Shown: positions 48,367 to 61,505 of the stretch, one piece after another
Position numbering within the stretch: position 1 is the first letter of the stretch
Layout of the letters: each line of letters starts with the position of its first letter
Source of the DNA: Anolis carolinensis
Lineage: Eukaryota
Length of the DNA stretch: 64,000 nucleotides
Assembly (NCBI RefSeq): GCF_035594765.1
Contig: NW_026943821.1
Span: forward strand, 17,577,608-17,641,607
Reading direction: 5' to 3'
The notes under the pieces: model-generated
The model's database searches: none
Seen by the model: only the letters and a program-made list of their open reading frames with translations
What the model was told of the DNA's origin: nothing
Made by a program: the position numbers and the translations under genes

Positions 48367-51049
48367 AAAAGGTGTACTGTTTGGGAGGTTGCCAATTCCC
48401 AGAGAAATGGGTGAAAGATGATAATCTTATAAAGTTCTGAAACACAAAAGTATTTCTTTCCATTAGGAAAGATCAGAGAGACTTGTTATCTAAACCACAC
48501 TTAATGTTAGCATCTTGGGCAGAATTCTTGAGCTGTAGTAACATATTTGAGTATGGATGTCATAAACATATATTATGATAAAAGGGCTGTATCTCAGTCA
48601 TTGAGTTTATGCTATATAGGTACATAAGGTCCCAATACTTCAAGGCAAAGTTAAGAGAAATTCTTATCTAAAAATCTGTGGAAGCGCCCAGTTGGCATTG
48701 AACTATGAGGCCAGACCACCTTTCTGCACTGCTCCCGTCTGGCTATGCTGGTTAAAACTGCTGAGATTTTAAATCCAGCCAATCTGAAGTAACACATGAG
48801 TCCTTCTCTTGGCAAGATGGATCAACAATCAGCATAAAGCAGCTTCCTAAGGAACATGGAATTTAGGAACCAACTACTTCTTTCCCCCAAACCTCATTTT
48901 GCACTTGACCTTTGTGTTCTTGTTTAAAAATAAACAGATCCTGCATATCTGCAGCCTGGAGAAATTAGCTCAGTTTCCACACCAAACAAAATATATTTCC
49001 AAGTCGTATATCTGTCTCTATCATTACTGTCATTTAGTTTTTAGGGTGGCACCCAGGCTTACCTTAAACTGAGCAGACTTATTTGTTCAGTAAAATCTGG
49101 AGGTCCTTACTCTTTGGAGCTGAACGTTTGTTTACTCCCAACTTCCATGGAATTTCTGCAATATATTTGAGAAGGTAAAGGTAGATCTTTACATAGAAGC
49201 TGTGCACACAAAGAAATCAAGACAGAAAACACCAAGTATAACTTGGCATTTTCACACAGTAATGTGAGTCTTCAAGCCTACAGTATGCAGCCAATTTAAA
49301 CAGGAAGTGGAAAATGTCTGGAGCAAAATGAGATGAGGAAACAGGGAGGGGTGAAAGTGGAACGGGAATATGCAATATATTCAGAACACGGGTAGGAGGC
49401 AATCACTACCAGCAGTCTGTTTTCCCTGCCAGAAAATGAGATAACAACTCTCTCTATCAATGCATGCAATTTGTCACTCCTTACAGATTTTTAACCTAAG
49501 ATTAAGCACTATACTTTTCATAGTGGCAAAGGGGCAAACTATTCATAACCCCATTTCCTCTGTAATATGTACCAAATCTCCCAAAAAATAACAGAATTGA
49601 GATGATCTAAGCATTTCTCAAGCCCATCCATGCTAAAAAGAGAAAGTAATTTTTACTGCTTTGTTTATTTTCTCACATAAGAAGGGACAGGGATCTTGCT
49701 ACAGGTTAGGCAGTCACTGGGATTCAGTCCTCTACAGTTCCCTGCGGAATGCCACTTAGCATTCTGTTGCTTGGACACCCCAGATGTTGTCAAGACTCAA
49801 TGCTTGTGCTTAATTGTTTCTTCTTCAAGGGCTCCATGTTTTGGAATAAGGAATCATTAAGGATAACAAGTCCTGACATTCTACCTCCAACTCCCCCTGC
49901 AATTAAAAGTACCATTGTACTATACAAACTAAGTGCACAATATTTACTGTAGCAAGATGGCTATCCAGTGAGTTCAAGTAAACCATGAATTGGTATAGGA
50001 ACATCTTGAATAATATAAATAAGTGGCTCTCTCTAAAATCCTAACCTTACAGAACTAGAAACAGTCTTCAAAGCAAGCTAACCCTCATCTCATAAAATCT
50101 TAATTAAAAATAAGATATAAGCATTTTAAAATGCTGTACAATCAGTACAATTTAGATAACATCGAACAGCCATCTTCTAAAGCTGAGTAGTTGTGTAACA
50201 TGTTCCCAGAAACATGTGCATCGCTTACTTAGAACAGGAACACTGGCATTGTAGATATAGCAAATGAAATTCATCCTTAAAACCACTGAGCAAACAAGGC
50301 AGGCTGTGAAAAATGGCCATGTGCTGCAGGTGAGATTTTCTTTTAGCTTCCCATGCATTCCTTCAAGAATGACACATTCATAACATTCTTCTACAATCCA
50401 TATTACTATTAGTTACAGGGTATCCTTTACCAGAAACAGGAGTTGTGTGATCAAATTGTATTTCTATAAGACACATGAGCAATGTCCTCAAGTTCAGCTT
50501 TCACTATATTTAAATGGTGGAATGAGCTGGCAAAGAAATAACAGAGAAAAGTCAAGTTCCTGTTATTTGTAAAACTGTATGTAGTTCATTTGGCCTTTGG
50601 TTACCTTCCAACCTATAGAATCATCTTTGCACTGAGATCATCAATGAAGGGACTGAAAAACAGGAAGCAACTGTAACATTTCTAAATACAATAATTTAGC
50701 CTCTGCTAAAGTATCTCCAGAAAAGGAAAGCCTAACCTCTCCCGAAGACATCTGTTCCATTCTCATGTAGCTCATATTATTATGAGGGTTCTCATAATGC
50801 TTAGGAGCAAATTGCTTTTCTGCACTTTTCATACAATTCTATTGCTGCCTTCAGAAGCAACAGAGAGCACATCTGATTACAATGTAATGAACCATATAAT
50901 CTATAAGACCCTCTAACTCTCGAGATCATCTGTATCTGTCTATGGGGAAAGTGATGTAGTCTGCACCAATCACATCTAACAATGAAACCCATGCACAAGT
51001 GTGTATACACTTCCCCATACCCTTGTAGACAGTTTTATATGCTAAAAAG

Positions 51050-51460
51050 GGTAATCACAGTTATCAGAGTTTGGAACTGATTCCATACTGAGAAAGGCTA
51101 TATTTGCATCTTCCATAAGACTAGGACCACACAATGAAACTGACTGGCCAAAACGTAACAATATACAAAAGAAAGTGCTTCACACAATATGCAGCTAACA
51201 TATGGAATTCTCTGTTCCAGTTTTGATGATGGCGATGGACTTAGACAACTTTGAAAGGGCATTAGTCAAATTCAGAGAAGAGATCATCTGTAGTAATTGG
51301 CCATCACAGCTAAAGGCATTATCTATAAGCATTGCAGAAATTCATAATAGCAGAGGACTACTAATTCTAAGCATTCCAGGAGAATGCAGTCAGTCACTGC
51401 AGAAAGCTGGACACTGAACTAAATGGGCCTGTGGTCTGGTCCAATTGGGCTCTTATGTTT
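51050..51460 (+). mobile_element. Old CR1-type LINE 3' fragment
   Basis: Diverged CR1 3' features ending GGGCCTGTGGTCTGGTCC..CTCTTATGTT. Confidence 0.5.
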
Positions 51461-53691
51461 CAGACCAACCCAGAAAAAAGAGACATGAGCACTGCTCACC
51501 TTTCACAGAAAGGCTATACAAAAGAAAATACAGTTGCTTCCCCTATTCCAGGGTTCTTCTTTGTGTTGACTTTCATCCCTTCTCGGATGAAATAGAAAGC
51601 ATTGAAAACCCTGTTAGCTGAAACAAAAGGTCTGTCAAGTCTGACATTCAAAGCCATTATCATACTTTATTTATAAGGCACCTAAAATTATAACACTGCA
51701 CAATAAATATACAGAGAGAAAGAGATTATTCTCTGCCTGCCTACTCATAATCTAAAATCATTCAAATAACTTCCTTACTGTAAAGGAAACGGAGGAGGAA
51801 AACAAAATAAAGGATCCAAAAACCCACTCATCCAATTTCTAAGTGGGCAAATTTCTCCGTGCCTATAGACTAAAACACATCAGCATTTGCAAAAGCACTG
51901 TATGAAGATGTAACTCTATGAAATGGACACCAGCCAAAAGAACCGCTTTCAAATTATCCTTAGTTGCCTCTTGCAACTATATTCTATCTTGAGGATGTTA
52001 AAGGGCTCAGACGCTGAAAGTTGAATTTCAAAGACATATTTCTTGTAGGCTGAAAAATCATCTATTCTTTATCTACATGTCAGTTTTATATGCAAAAGAC
52101 ACATACAGTATATAGTCAACATCTAAATTAAGTGCCTGCCTACACTGTCATGATTTTAATTATTCTGTAACCTGCCTCGAGCCACAAGGAGAGGCAGGTA
52201 AGAAATACCATTATTATTATATTATGATGATGATGACAGGACCCAACAACAAACCAAGAAATGCATACAGCATTGAACTGCAAAGGAAAAAAAGACAAGA
52301 AAATCCCAGGAATCAGGAACATAGTTTAAGACTTGGCCATTCCTGTATGTTTCACAAGACTATATCTGATTTGAGATGGGAAATTGTAAGATACTAACCG
52401 GAAGGCATTTATTCCGATCATGCGTCAAAGCATGAGAAAGAAAACAGAAACGTACAAAGGAAGTATTCAGTATATAAATACAGCAGAATAAAAGACAAGG
52501 AAATGTCCTTCCCATGAATAACTTCGGGTATTTATATATTATCATGTGTTTACATATCACAAAGCGTCAGGAGGCACAAAATAACATTTAGCTAGAAAAC
52601 ACAAGCTTGGACACAGTGCTCTACTGGTGACATATGTAAAACTGAAACAAAATATAGCTTGACTAGTAAGGATTATAAGGGATTCAGGAGTCTCAACAAT
52701 GACAGACAATCGGCTATAGAAACCTTACTGTTTTCCAGGATGCCCTTTGCCCCCATTAACTTTTGTATCTGGCAGTGCAAACAAACCGCTGGGATTAAAA
52801 AACATCAACTTGTGAACATTTGTTTAAAAATCTAAGCTGATTATTTTATCCTAGCCAATCAGCTAGAATCACTGCAACCCTGAATGCTGTAAGCTAAAAC
52901 CACACAGCTACTTCTAATCATAAATTAGCATCTTTATCAGCGAAACACCACAGAAAGTTTATAGCAAGTCACAGAACTGTCATAGTGTAAACAGATTAAA
53001 AACTAGAGCAAACTTTGAGATATTTCCTTCCAAAGCTACAAGCCCATTTCAAATATAATTTTTTCATGATGCAAAGTCTAGGTTTAGGAAAGGAACGATA
53101 AGCCAACTTCATCTCCAATTCTGCAATAAATACAAATGAATTCCAAAAACACATTTCTTTTAAATGAAGTCTTATCCAACCATCTTTGTACCTCTATGCC
53201 TATTTCAACACTAATGAAAACACCTATTATGAATAGTATGGGTGAATCACCAATATTATGTCCACATACAGAATTGTCTCCATTACAGGAAACAAAAAGC
53301 AGGAACTAAAAGCGGAAGGAATGGAATCATCATGGCATAGAACCATCACTCCCAAACTTCTATCCAGTGTCCAGTTTGGAGCTGTTTAGATTGTTTCTTC
53401 AACACTAAAAAGAGGGAAATCAAGACTGAGGAGGAAACAAAACCAAAGAGATCAAAGGAGTAGTCAGAAGTTGTATTTCCACAAAAAATAACAAAATCAA
53501 ATCCTTTTCTAACATTACTAAATAATATGGGTATGTGCATCCACTACTAACAGATATACTATATGTCTATGGCTTAAAACTCTAATTTTCCCTCCCTCGT
53601 GCTGCTTCTTTGCAAAAATCCAATTATTAGTTCCAAGTACAGTACAAAATCAAGTACTGCCAGTTTCAGAATGCAGTTTTAACTGCATTAT

Positions 53692-54240
53692 CTAGAATCA
53701 CAGATTCACAGAATCATAGCATTGGAAGAAATCATCACACCATCCAGTCCAAGCCCTTTCCAAAAAGCAGAAAAATCACATTCAAAGCACCCCCGACAGA
53801 TGGTCATTCAGCCTCTGCTTAAAAGCCTCCAAAGAAGGAGCCTCCACCACACTCCGGGGCAGAGAGTTTCACTGCTGAACAGTTCTCACAGTAAGAAAGG
53901 TCTTCCTAACGTTCAGGTGGAATCTCCTTTCCTGTAATTTAAAGCCATTGTTCTGCATCCTAGTCTCCAGGGCAGCAGAAAACAAGCCTGCTCCCCCCTC
54001 CCTATGACTTCCCCTCACATATTTATACATGGCCCTCATCATGTCTTCAGGAGGCTAAACATGCCCAGCTCTTTAAGCTGCTCCTCATAGGGCTTGTTCT
54101 TCAGACCCCTGATCCTTTTAGCCGCCCTCCTCTGGACACATTCCAGCTTGTTGACATCTCCTTTCACCTGTGGTGCCCAGAATGTGGTCTGACCAAAGCA
54201 GAATAGACAAGTAGCATAACTTCCCTGGCTCTAGACACTA
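53692..54240 (-). mobile_element. CR1 3' fragment
   Basis: AGAATCACAGATTCACAGAATCATAG tail and a body matching the reverse complement of 12560-13060. Confidence 0.85.
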
Positions 54241-54279
54241 AACTGCTATATGATTACACCTTGCCATGTAATGCAATTA

Positions 54280-55580
54280 CAGTAGAGTCTAACTTATCCA
54301 ACCTTTGCTCATCCAACATTCTATATTATCCAACGCAGTCTGCCTCACGCCCAGATCCACAGCTGTTTCTCTAAGCAGGGAAGGATCACAGATTTTTCAA
54401 AATCTTCAGAGGATTGAACTTTTTACGGATTTAACTTCCAACAATGTTGTTACTCGAAGTTCATTTTATGCAATTCTATCTTTATTTGTAGTCAATTTTT
54501 TAGAAGTCAATGTTTTTGTAGTCAATGTTTTCAATACATTGCAATGCTTTGGTGCTAAATTCATAAACATGGTTATTAATACATAACGTTACCGTGTATT
54601 GAACAACTTTTTCTGTCGATTTGTTGTAAAACATGATGTTTTGGTGCTTAATTTGTAAAATTGTAACGTAATCTGACATTTAATAGGCTTTTCTTTAATC
54701 CTTCTTATTGTCCAACATTTTTGTTTATCCAACATTCTGCCGGCCTGTTTATGTTGGATAAACAAGACTTACAGAATCGTAGCATTAGAAGAGACTTCAT
54801 GGGCTATCCAGTCCAACCCCATTCTGCCAAGAAGCAGGAAATCGCATGCAAAGCACCCCTGACAGATGGCCATCCAGCCTCTGCTTAAAAGCCTCCACCA
54901 CAGTCCTGGGGCAGAGAGTTCCACTGCCAAACAACTCTCACAGTGAGGAAGTTCTTCCTAATGTTCAGGTGGAATCTTCTTTCCTGTAGTTTAAAGCCAC
55001 TGTTCCGCGTCCTAGTCTCCAGGGCAGCAGAGAACAAGCTTGCTCCCTCCTCCCTATGCCTTCCCCTCCCATCTTGATCCATAGCCCTCATCATGTCTCC
55101 TCTCAGCCTTCTCTTCTGCAGGCTAAACATGCCCAGCTCTTTCAGCCGCTCCTCATAGGGCTTGTTCTCCAGACCCTTGATCATTTTAGTTGCCCTCCTC
55201 TGGACACATTCCAGCTTGTCAACACCTCCTTTAAATTGTGATGCCCAGAATTGGACAAAGAATTGGCCATATGTCGGGGGTGCTTTGAATGCGATTTCCT
55301 GCTTCTTAGCAGGGGGTTGGACTGGATGGCCCATGAGGTCTCTTCCAACTCTACTATTCTATGATTCTACAGTATTCCAGATGTGGTCTGACCAAGGCGG
55401 AATAGAAAGGTAGCATGACCTCCCTGGATCTAGACACTATACTCCTACTTATGGCAGGCCAAAATCCCATTGGCTTTTAACGTTGCCGCATGACATTGCT
55501 GGCTCGTGTTTAACTTGTTGTCCACGAGGACCCCAAGATCCTTTTCACACGTACTGCTGTCGAGCCAGGCGTCTCTACTG
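54280..55580. mobile_element. Tigger-like MITE (54280-54769, TIR tip 55574-55580) interrupted by CR1
   Basis: Left TIR CAGTAGAGTCTAACTTATCC. The right TIR GTTGGATAAACAAGACT|TCTACTG-TA is split by the CR1 at 54770-55573. Confidence 0.7.
54770..55573 (-). mobile_element. CR1 3' fragment containing a nested, oppositely oriented CR1 tail (55266-55370)
   Basis: ORF 54885-55334 encodes the CR1 ORF2 C-terminus ([35 protein letters not shown]). Confidence 0.88.
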
Positions 55581-55886
55581 TATATGATTACACCTTGCCA
55601 TGTAATGCAAATCAGTGCAATTAAATTGCATTACAGGGCAGTGTAGATGGGGCTTGGGAAGCAGCGGATGGGCAGAAAGTGGCTTCCATGCATCAGGAGT
55701 GGAATTGTGGAGCCAAAAAGGACAAAGGCCTCTATGTCTGGGACTAAGCTTGCCATTCAATGAGCTAGGATTGAATACCACAATAGAAAAAGAACTAAAA
55801 TGCCAAGTTCAGGTGCCAGTTTAGTCAGGAGATTGACTCTCCCTCTCAATGTCAGAAAAACTGCCTGTCAGTTGCACCCCATACAC

Positions 55887-56087
55887 TAGGTCTGGGCCAA
55901 CTTAGGTTTTCCCTCAGGTGTTTTGGACTTCAACTCCCAGCATTCCTCACAGCCTCAGGCCCCTTCCTTTTCCCCCTCAGCCGCTTAAGCGGCTGAGGGG
56001 GAAAAGGAAAGGGCCTGAGGCTGTGAGGAATGCTGGGAGTTGAAGTCCAAAACACCTGAAGGGAAGGCCCAAGTTGGCCCATGCCTG
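55887..56087. mobile_element. Near-perfect 200-bp palindromic (fold-back) MITE
   Basis: Arms of about 100 bp around the centre CAGCCGCTTAAGCGGCTG. Confidence 0.85.
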
Positions 56088-56111
56088 TATTAGAAGCCGG
56101 GCCCGACTCAC

Positions 56112-56190
56112 CCTCCGCCAGCTCAGCTCCGAAGGGAACTGCTGCCCCTCTGTTCCCCTCCGCCAGGCGTCGAGTCGCCGAGTGGGAGCC
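56112..56190 (-). other. Probable non-coding first exon of the B4GALT3-like gene
   Basis: Consensus donor GAGG|GTGAGT at 56112/56111 inside a CpG island, directly downstream of the promoter motifs. The 5' end is approximate. Confidence 0.65.
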
Positions 56191-56450
56191 CAGCCAATCG
56201 CGTAGCGCCGAACCAGCGGCGGGAGGGGGGGAGGCGCGCCAGGCCGGCCAATCAGAGTCCGAGCGCCCGTGACGTCAGAACGTCGCCTCGCTTGCTATTG
56301 GTGGCGAAGTGATCCAAAGCCGAAGAAGAAGAATAAAGGGGGCGCGTGGTCGGGAAAGGGGCGGGGCGGAGGGGGGAAAAAAGGAGACCTCCGTCCCCAA
56401 AAGGGGGCGCTGAGTATAATCCGACGTCATAAAGGAGCCCCGCCCCTTTT
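56190..56450 (-). promoter_or_regulatory. CpG-island promoter of the B4GALT3-like gene
   Basis: CCAAT boxes at 56194, 56248 and 56297 (ATTGG), full CRE TGACGTCA at 56270-56277, CGACGTCA at ~56422, GC boxes at ~56358 and ~56437. Confidence 0.8.
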
Positions 56451-57293
56451 CATTCTCCCAGTCAATCACCAAGGACAGGCTGTTTGTTATCTCGAGGCTT
56501 TTTAAAATCAGAGATACCCAGCAATATCAGCCAGGGAGCAAACAGGTGGAGCTGGCTTATTCCATAGTGCACATAATACAGTGTACTTTGAGATAAGCTG
56601 CAATAAAACGCGTGGGAGTTTATGCGGAGTTGAGTAAACACAGACAGACAGACATAGGACCATACGTGTGGGCGAAACGTCAGGAGAGAATGCTTCTGGA
56701 ATATGCAATCCATACATAGGACCAGTTTGCATGCACTTGGGTTCCCAGAAGAAGTTTGTCTTCAATCTGTCTATGGTTTGCTACTGCCTTTTTTAAAAAA
56801 CTACCTTTTGTGAAACTACAGTAGAGTCTCACTTATCCAAGCTAAACGGGCTTTATATTATAATGTAATACAATATAATAATAATAGTAATAATGGTATA
56901 TTTATATTATATGTAATATTACTAATAATAGTGTTATAGTACAATATAGTACTGTATGTACATACCTATGTATATTTACTTGGGTGTAATGCGCCATCGA
57001 ATTTAATGCACACCTCAATTTTCAAAACCCTAGAACTAAAAAAAAAGTATTGGCTGGTAAATGTCCAGGGTGGGAGAAAGAACCCATGTCTCCTGTGTCA
57101 CTATAACAATATAATAATATACAATAATCATATTATGCTATACTAGTAATTTAATATACTGTATATGCATATCATATTAATATTATAATTTAATACAATA
57201 TAATAATAATAATACACTATTATAATGGCATATTTATTTTATATGTAATATTACTAATAATATTACAATATAGTGTTATAGTACAATATAGTA

Positions 57294-57777
57294 CAGTAGA
57301 GTCTCACGTATCCAACATAAACAGAATGTTGGATAAGCGAATATGTTGGATAATAAGGAGGGATTAAGGAAAAGCCTATTAAACATCAAACTAGGTTATG
57401 ATTTTACAAATTAAGAACCAAAACATCACGTTTAACAACAAATTTGATAGAAAAAGTAGTTCAATATGCAGTAATGCTATGTAGTAATTACTGTATTTAC
57501 GAATTTAGCACCAAAATATCATGTATTGAAAACATAGACCACAAAAATGCGTTGGATAATCCAGAACGTTGGATAAGCGAGTGTTGGATTACTGCATATT
57601 GAACTACTTTTTAAATCAAATTTGTTGTATAACATGATGTTCTGGTGCTTAATTTGTAAAATCATAACCTAATTTGATGTTTAATAGGCTTTTCCTTAAT
57701 GCCTCCTTATTATCCAACATATTCGCTTATCCAACGTTCTGCCGGCCCGTTTACGTTGGATAAGTGAGACTCTACTG
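57294..57777. mobile_element. Tigger-like MITE, rearranged fold-back copy
   Basis: TA-flanked CAGTAGAGTCTC..GAGACTCTACTG. The right ~190 bp is an inverted copy of the left part. Confidence 0.8.
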
Positions 57778-57799
57778 TATATGCATAGAGGTAGCCTGG

Positions 57800-57837
57800 C
57801 CTTTAAACAGACAAGGGTTCTTTCTCCCATCCTGGAC

Positions 57838-57881
<44 letters not shown>

Positions 57882-58003
57882 CACACATACACTCCACTTG
57901 CCAACAGAACCTCTGAAGATGCCAGCCACAGATGCAGGTGAAACGTTAGGAGAGAATGCTTCTGGAACAAGGCCATACAGCCCGAAAAATTCACAGCGAC
58001 CCA
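57800..58003 (+). mobile_element. Penelope-like pLTR with hammerhead motif (57910-57950) and AC/AT microsatellite
   Basis: CCU-CUGAAGA-UGCCAGC(cacagau)GCAGGU-GAAAC-GUU-AGG, followed by the conserved GAGAATGCTTCTGGAACA segment. Confidence 0.75.
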
Positions 58004-58009
58004 ATCTTA

Positions 58010-58255
58010 ATTAACTTGACTCTCATCAGCCAAAAGCAGTCTCACACTTCTTGTTGAAATACTAGTTTATGTCGGCTAAAATAGTTCTTCATTTTACGTA
58101 TTATATTCTTTCGGGGGGATTTTTTTTTTGCACTACAAATGAGATATGTGCAGTGTGCATGGGAATTCATTAATTGTTTTTCCAAAACTACAGTCCGGCG
58201 CCCAACAGTTTTAAGAAACTGTGATCTGGCCCCTTGCTAAAAACGTTTGAGGATG
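58010..58255. mobile_element. hAT end fragment
   Basis: Similar to 62290-62537 (CACACTT..TTGAAAT..GTGCAGTGTGCAT..AAAACGTTTGAGGA). Confidence 0.6.
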
Positions 58256-58259
58256 GTCT

Positions 58260-58532
58260 ATAGGTAGTTCAAAGCTTTATCTTTATCTCTTCCTCTCCCC
58301 ATTTCGGAATATTTTGCACTTTGGCCTAGATCCATGAATTAGTCTCCTGTTTTTAACATTTTATGCTGCATGTTGATTTTAATGACTGTTTTATTGATGC
58401 TGATGTTTTTATTGTTGGGATAATTGTGTTATTGTTCTGTTATTGTTATTATATTGTTGTATCAGGCAAGGCCACCCCAAGTCCCTTCGGGGAGATGGGG
58501 CGGGGTATAAAAACAAAGTTATTATTATTATT
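58260..58532 (+). mobile_element. L2 3' end with (TTA)n tail
   Basis: AAGTCCCTTCGGGGAGATGGGGCGGGGTATAAAAACAAAGTTATTATT. Confidence 0.6.
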
Positions 58533-58539
58533 ATTTTAT

Positions 58540-59416
58540 TATGACACAGCAAACAAAATAGATATGCTGGATTTCGTATTAAAAAATCACAAGTCGAACA
58601 CTTCCCAAGTGTCTAGGACTGTGTGATGTATTTTCGGATGATGCGCACAGATCCCAGCAGGGTGGCCTTTTGCAGTTGGTAGATCGTAATTTTGTCAATG
58701 TCTATTGTTTCCAAATGCCGGCTGAGATCTTTTGGCACGGCACCCAGTGTGCCCATCACCACTGGGACCACCTGCACTGGTTTCTGCCAGAGTCTTTGAA
58801 GTTCAATCTTGAGGTCCTGATAGCGGCTGAGTTTTTCCTGTTGTTTTTCATCTATGCGACTGTCACCTGGGATGGCGACATCAATGATCCAAACCTTTTT
58901 CTTTTCCATAACTGTGATATTTGGTGTGTTGTGTTCCAGAACTTTGTCAGTCTGGATTCGGAAGTCCCACAGTATCTTTGCGTGCTCATTTTCCAATACT
59001 TTTGCAGGTTTGTGATCCCACCAGTTCTTTACTGCTGGGAGGTGGTACTTGAGGCATAAGTTCCAATTAATCATTTGGGCCACATAGTTGTGCCTCTGTT
59101 TGTAGTCTGTCTGTGCAATTTTCTTACAGCAGCTGAGGATATGATCAATGGTTTCGTCGGTTTCCTTGCACAGTCTGCATTTTGGGTTATCAGCTGATTT
59201 TTCGATCTTGGCCTGAATTGCATTTGTTCTGATGGCTTGCTCCTGGGCTGCAAGGATCAGGCCTTCTGTCTCCTTCTTCAGGGTCCCATTCGTGAGCCAG
59301 AGCCAGGTCTTCTCCTTATCAGCTTTTCCTTCAATTTTGTCAAGGAACTTTCCATGCAATGTTTTGTTGTGCCAGCTGTCAGCTCTAGTTTGTAGTGCGG
59401 CTTTCTTGTACTGGTT
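58540..59416 (-). mobile_element. R4/Dong-clade non-LTR retrotransposon, 5'-truncated (CCHC plus restriction-like endonuclease; ORF 58613-59359)
   Basis: CRLC..ETIDHILSCC zinc knuckle, RHN, LWDFRIQTD, P(D>N)..IIDVAIP and K..Y of the PD-(D/E)xK RLE domain. (TTA)n-rich sequence on both flanks. Confidence 0.88.
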
Positions 59417-60267
59417 TATTATTTTTATTATTTAATAATAAATAATATTTATTATTATTATTATTAATTATTATTATTATTATTATCACTCTGTGTGTAC
59501 AGAGTGATATGGTAAAGATAAAGTGAAAACTCTTACGTTTTTATGATTCTAGTTGGTCCACATTCCTGAAGAGCCTTGAAAAGAAAGCTAAAACCACAAA
59601 ATCACGTGAACACCCTGAAAGTTGTTGATGCCTATCAGGTGCATAAATGTTTAACAGCTACATTAATATGTGAGGAATCCATTTGAGGTTGTGGGGCATC
59701 TTCTTCCCTTCCTCCCTTAGAGCCTTGTGCCATCAAATGCCCTGGATTACTGATTGAAGTCTTGTCTGGAGCATGTCTGGCCATCAAGGGAGCTGCAGAG
59801 TTGACTTTACTTCCTCCCTAGCAATCCTGATATGGCGTGGGTGAGAGTGAATTGCAATAGAGGTGGAAATAATTGGCTCATGTCCATCTTGACTTCCCTC
59901 CACTGGGAAAAAAAATAGTAAGTCGTGGCAAATAAATCTTTTATGTACAATTCTTGTTCTTCGCTCTGCTGGAGCAGGGTGTGGAACAGGAAAAGGTTTA
60001 TAAAGATGACAAGGACAAACTTTATAGGTCCAACTGGTTCTATAAAGCTGTAATCCTGTGCTCGTTTAGCAGGAAATTGGTCTCTTTGAGGTCAGTCAAG
60101 TAATTTTTTAGCAAACGTGTTTACCCTTGGGCTTCCAAACTCCACAATGCATATGTGTATAGGTGTGATTTGGTATGTGAATGGATGACAGTGTGTGCAT
60201 GCATGCATGAAGAAAACAATGAAATGCCACATTTACTTCAATGCTAGCTAGTAGCTACACTCACTGT

Positions 60268-60605
60268 AAAAGGTAAAGGTAAAGGTTTCCCCTGACGTTA
60301 AGTCCAGTCAGGTCTGACTCTGGGGGTTGGTGCTCATCTCCATTTCTAAGCCGAAGAGCCGGCATTGTCCATAGACACCTTCAAGGTCATGTGGCCATAG
60401 GCATGACTGCATGAAGCACTGTTACCTTCCCACCGGAGCAGTACCTATTGATCTACTCACATTGGCATGTTTTCTAACTGCTAGGTTGGCAGGAGCTGGG
60501 GCTAACAGCGGGCGCTCATTCAGCTCCCGGGATTTGAACCTGGGACCTTTCGGTCTGCAAATTCAGCAGCTCAGCGCTTTAACACACTGCGCCATTAGTA
60601 GGCTC
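60268..60605 (-). mobile_element. Sauria SINE
   Basis: (AAAGGT)n tail and a body matching the 15084 copy. Confidence 0.9.
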
Positions 60606-61505
60606 TAGTAATCCCCATTTGTTTCGGTCTACCATTCAAACCATTGAAGAAATTAATAGAATTATAGAGTTGAGATAAATTTAGTTCAGCCTTCTGCTTA
60701 ACTATAAATTTTACTGTGAAACCAGAGAGCTGTTCCGCTCTACTGTTTGTATGACTGGCTTTTCAAGTATATCACGTACACAGTCATGTCTCCCCTTAAT
60801 CTTTATTAGACTGACGAAACATTATTTCACCATTCTTAAAAGGACAGGGGCGGATTCTCCAGGAACTATTAAATTGCAATTTGCATCAGCCTTAAACCTC
60901 ACAGCCAAAGGAAGGATAGGTTGTGGCTGTGATACTAGTTCTGACCAGAACATGACAACTCAAAGGTATTGGTCACCTCGGATCCCAGATTTGCTGAAAA
61001 TTGCATCCATGCTATGACCTGCCAAATGCATTGGTCTGGAAAACAACTGTGATAGGCCCATGTTTTTCACGGATACCACAAACTCCTAAGCTGCATCTGA
61101 TAAACGGGCCTCCAATTGTATAGTGAAGTCACATAGAAGCAAATGAATGGGTGACTCCAACACCTTTGAGGGCATGCGTAGCTGTAGCACTCATGTCCTG
61201 CTTGTCAAATTCTCAAAGGCATCTAACTGGCCACTGTGGGAATAGATAAGATATAGGACTAGATCAGGGGTCCCCAAACTAAGGCCCGGGGGCCGGATGC
61301 GGCCCTCCAAGGTCATTTACTTGGCCCCCGCCCTCAGTATTATAATATAATATTTTTTATATCAGCTTTAATAATATAATATATTGTATATACACATAAT
61401 ATTGATAATAATATTATGTTATACAATATAATACTAAGAATAATGCCATATAATCATATTAATTATATGTTATATATTACATAAAATATGTTAAATAAAA
61501 CATAT

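Noticed and set aside
58613-59359. 248-aa ORF as a host gene
   Set aside because: It is the C-terminal part of an R4/Dong retrotransposon ORF, has no true start and is 5'-truncated.
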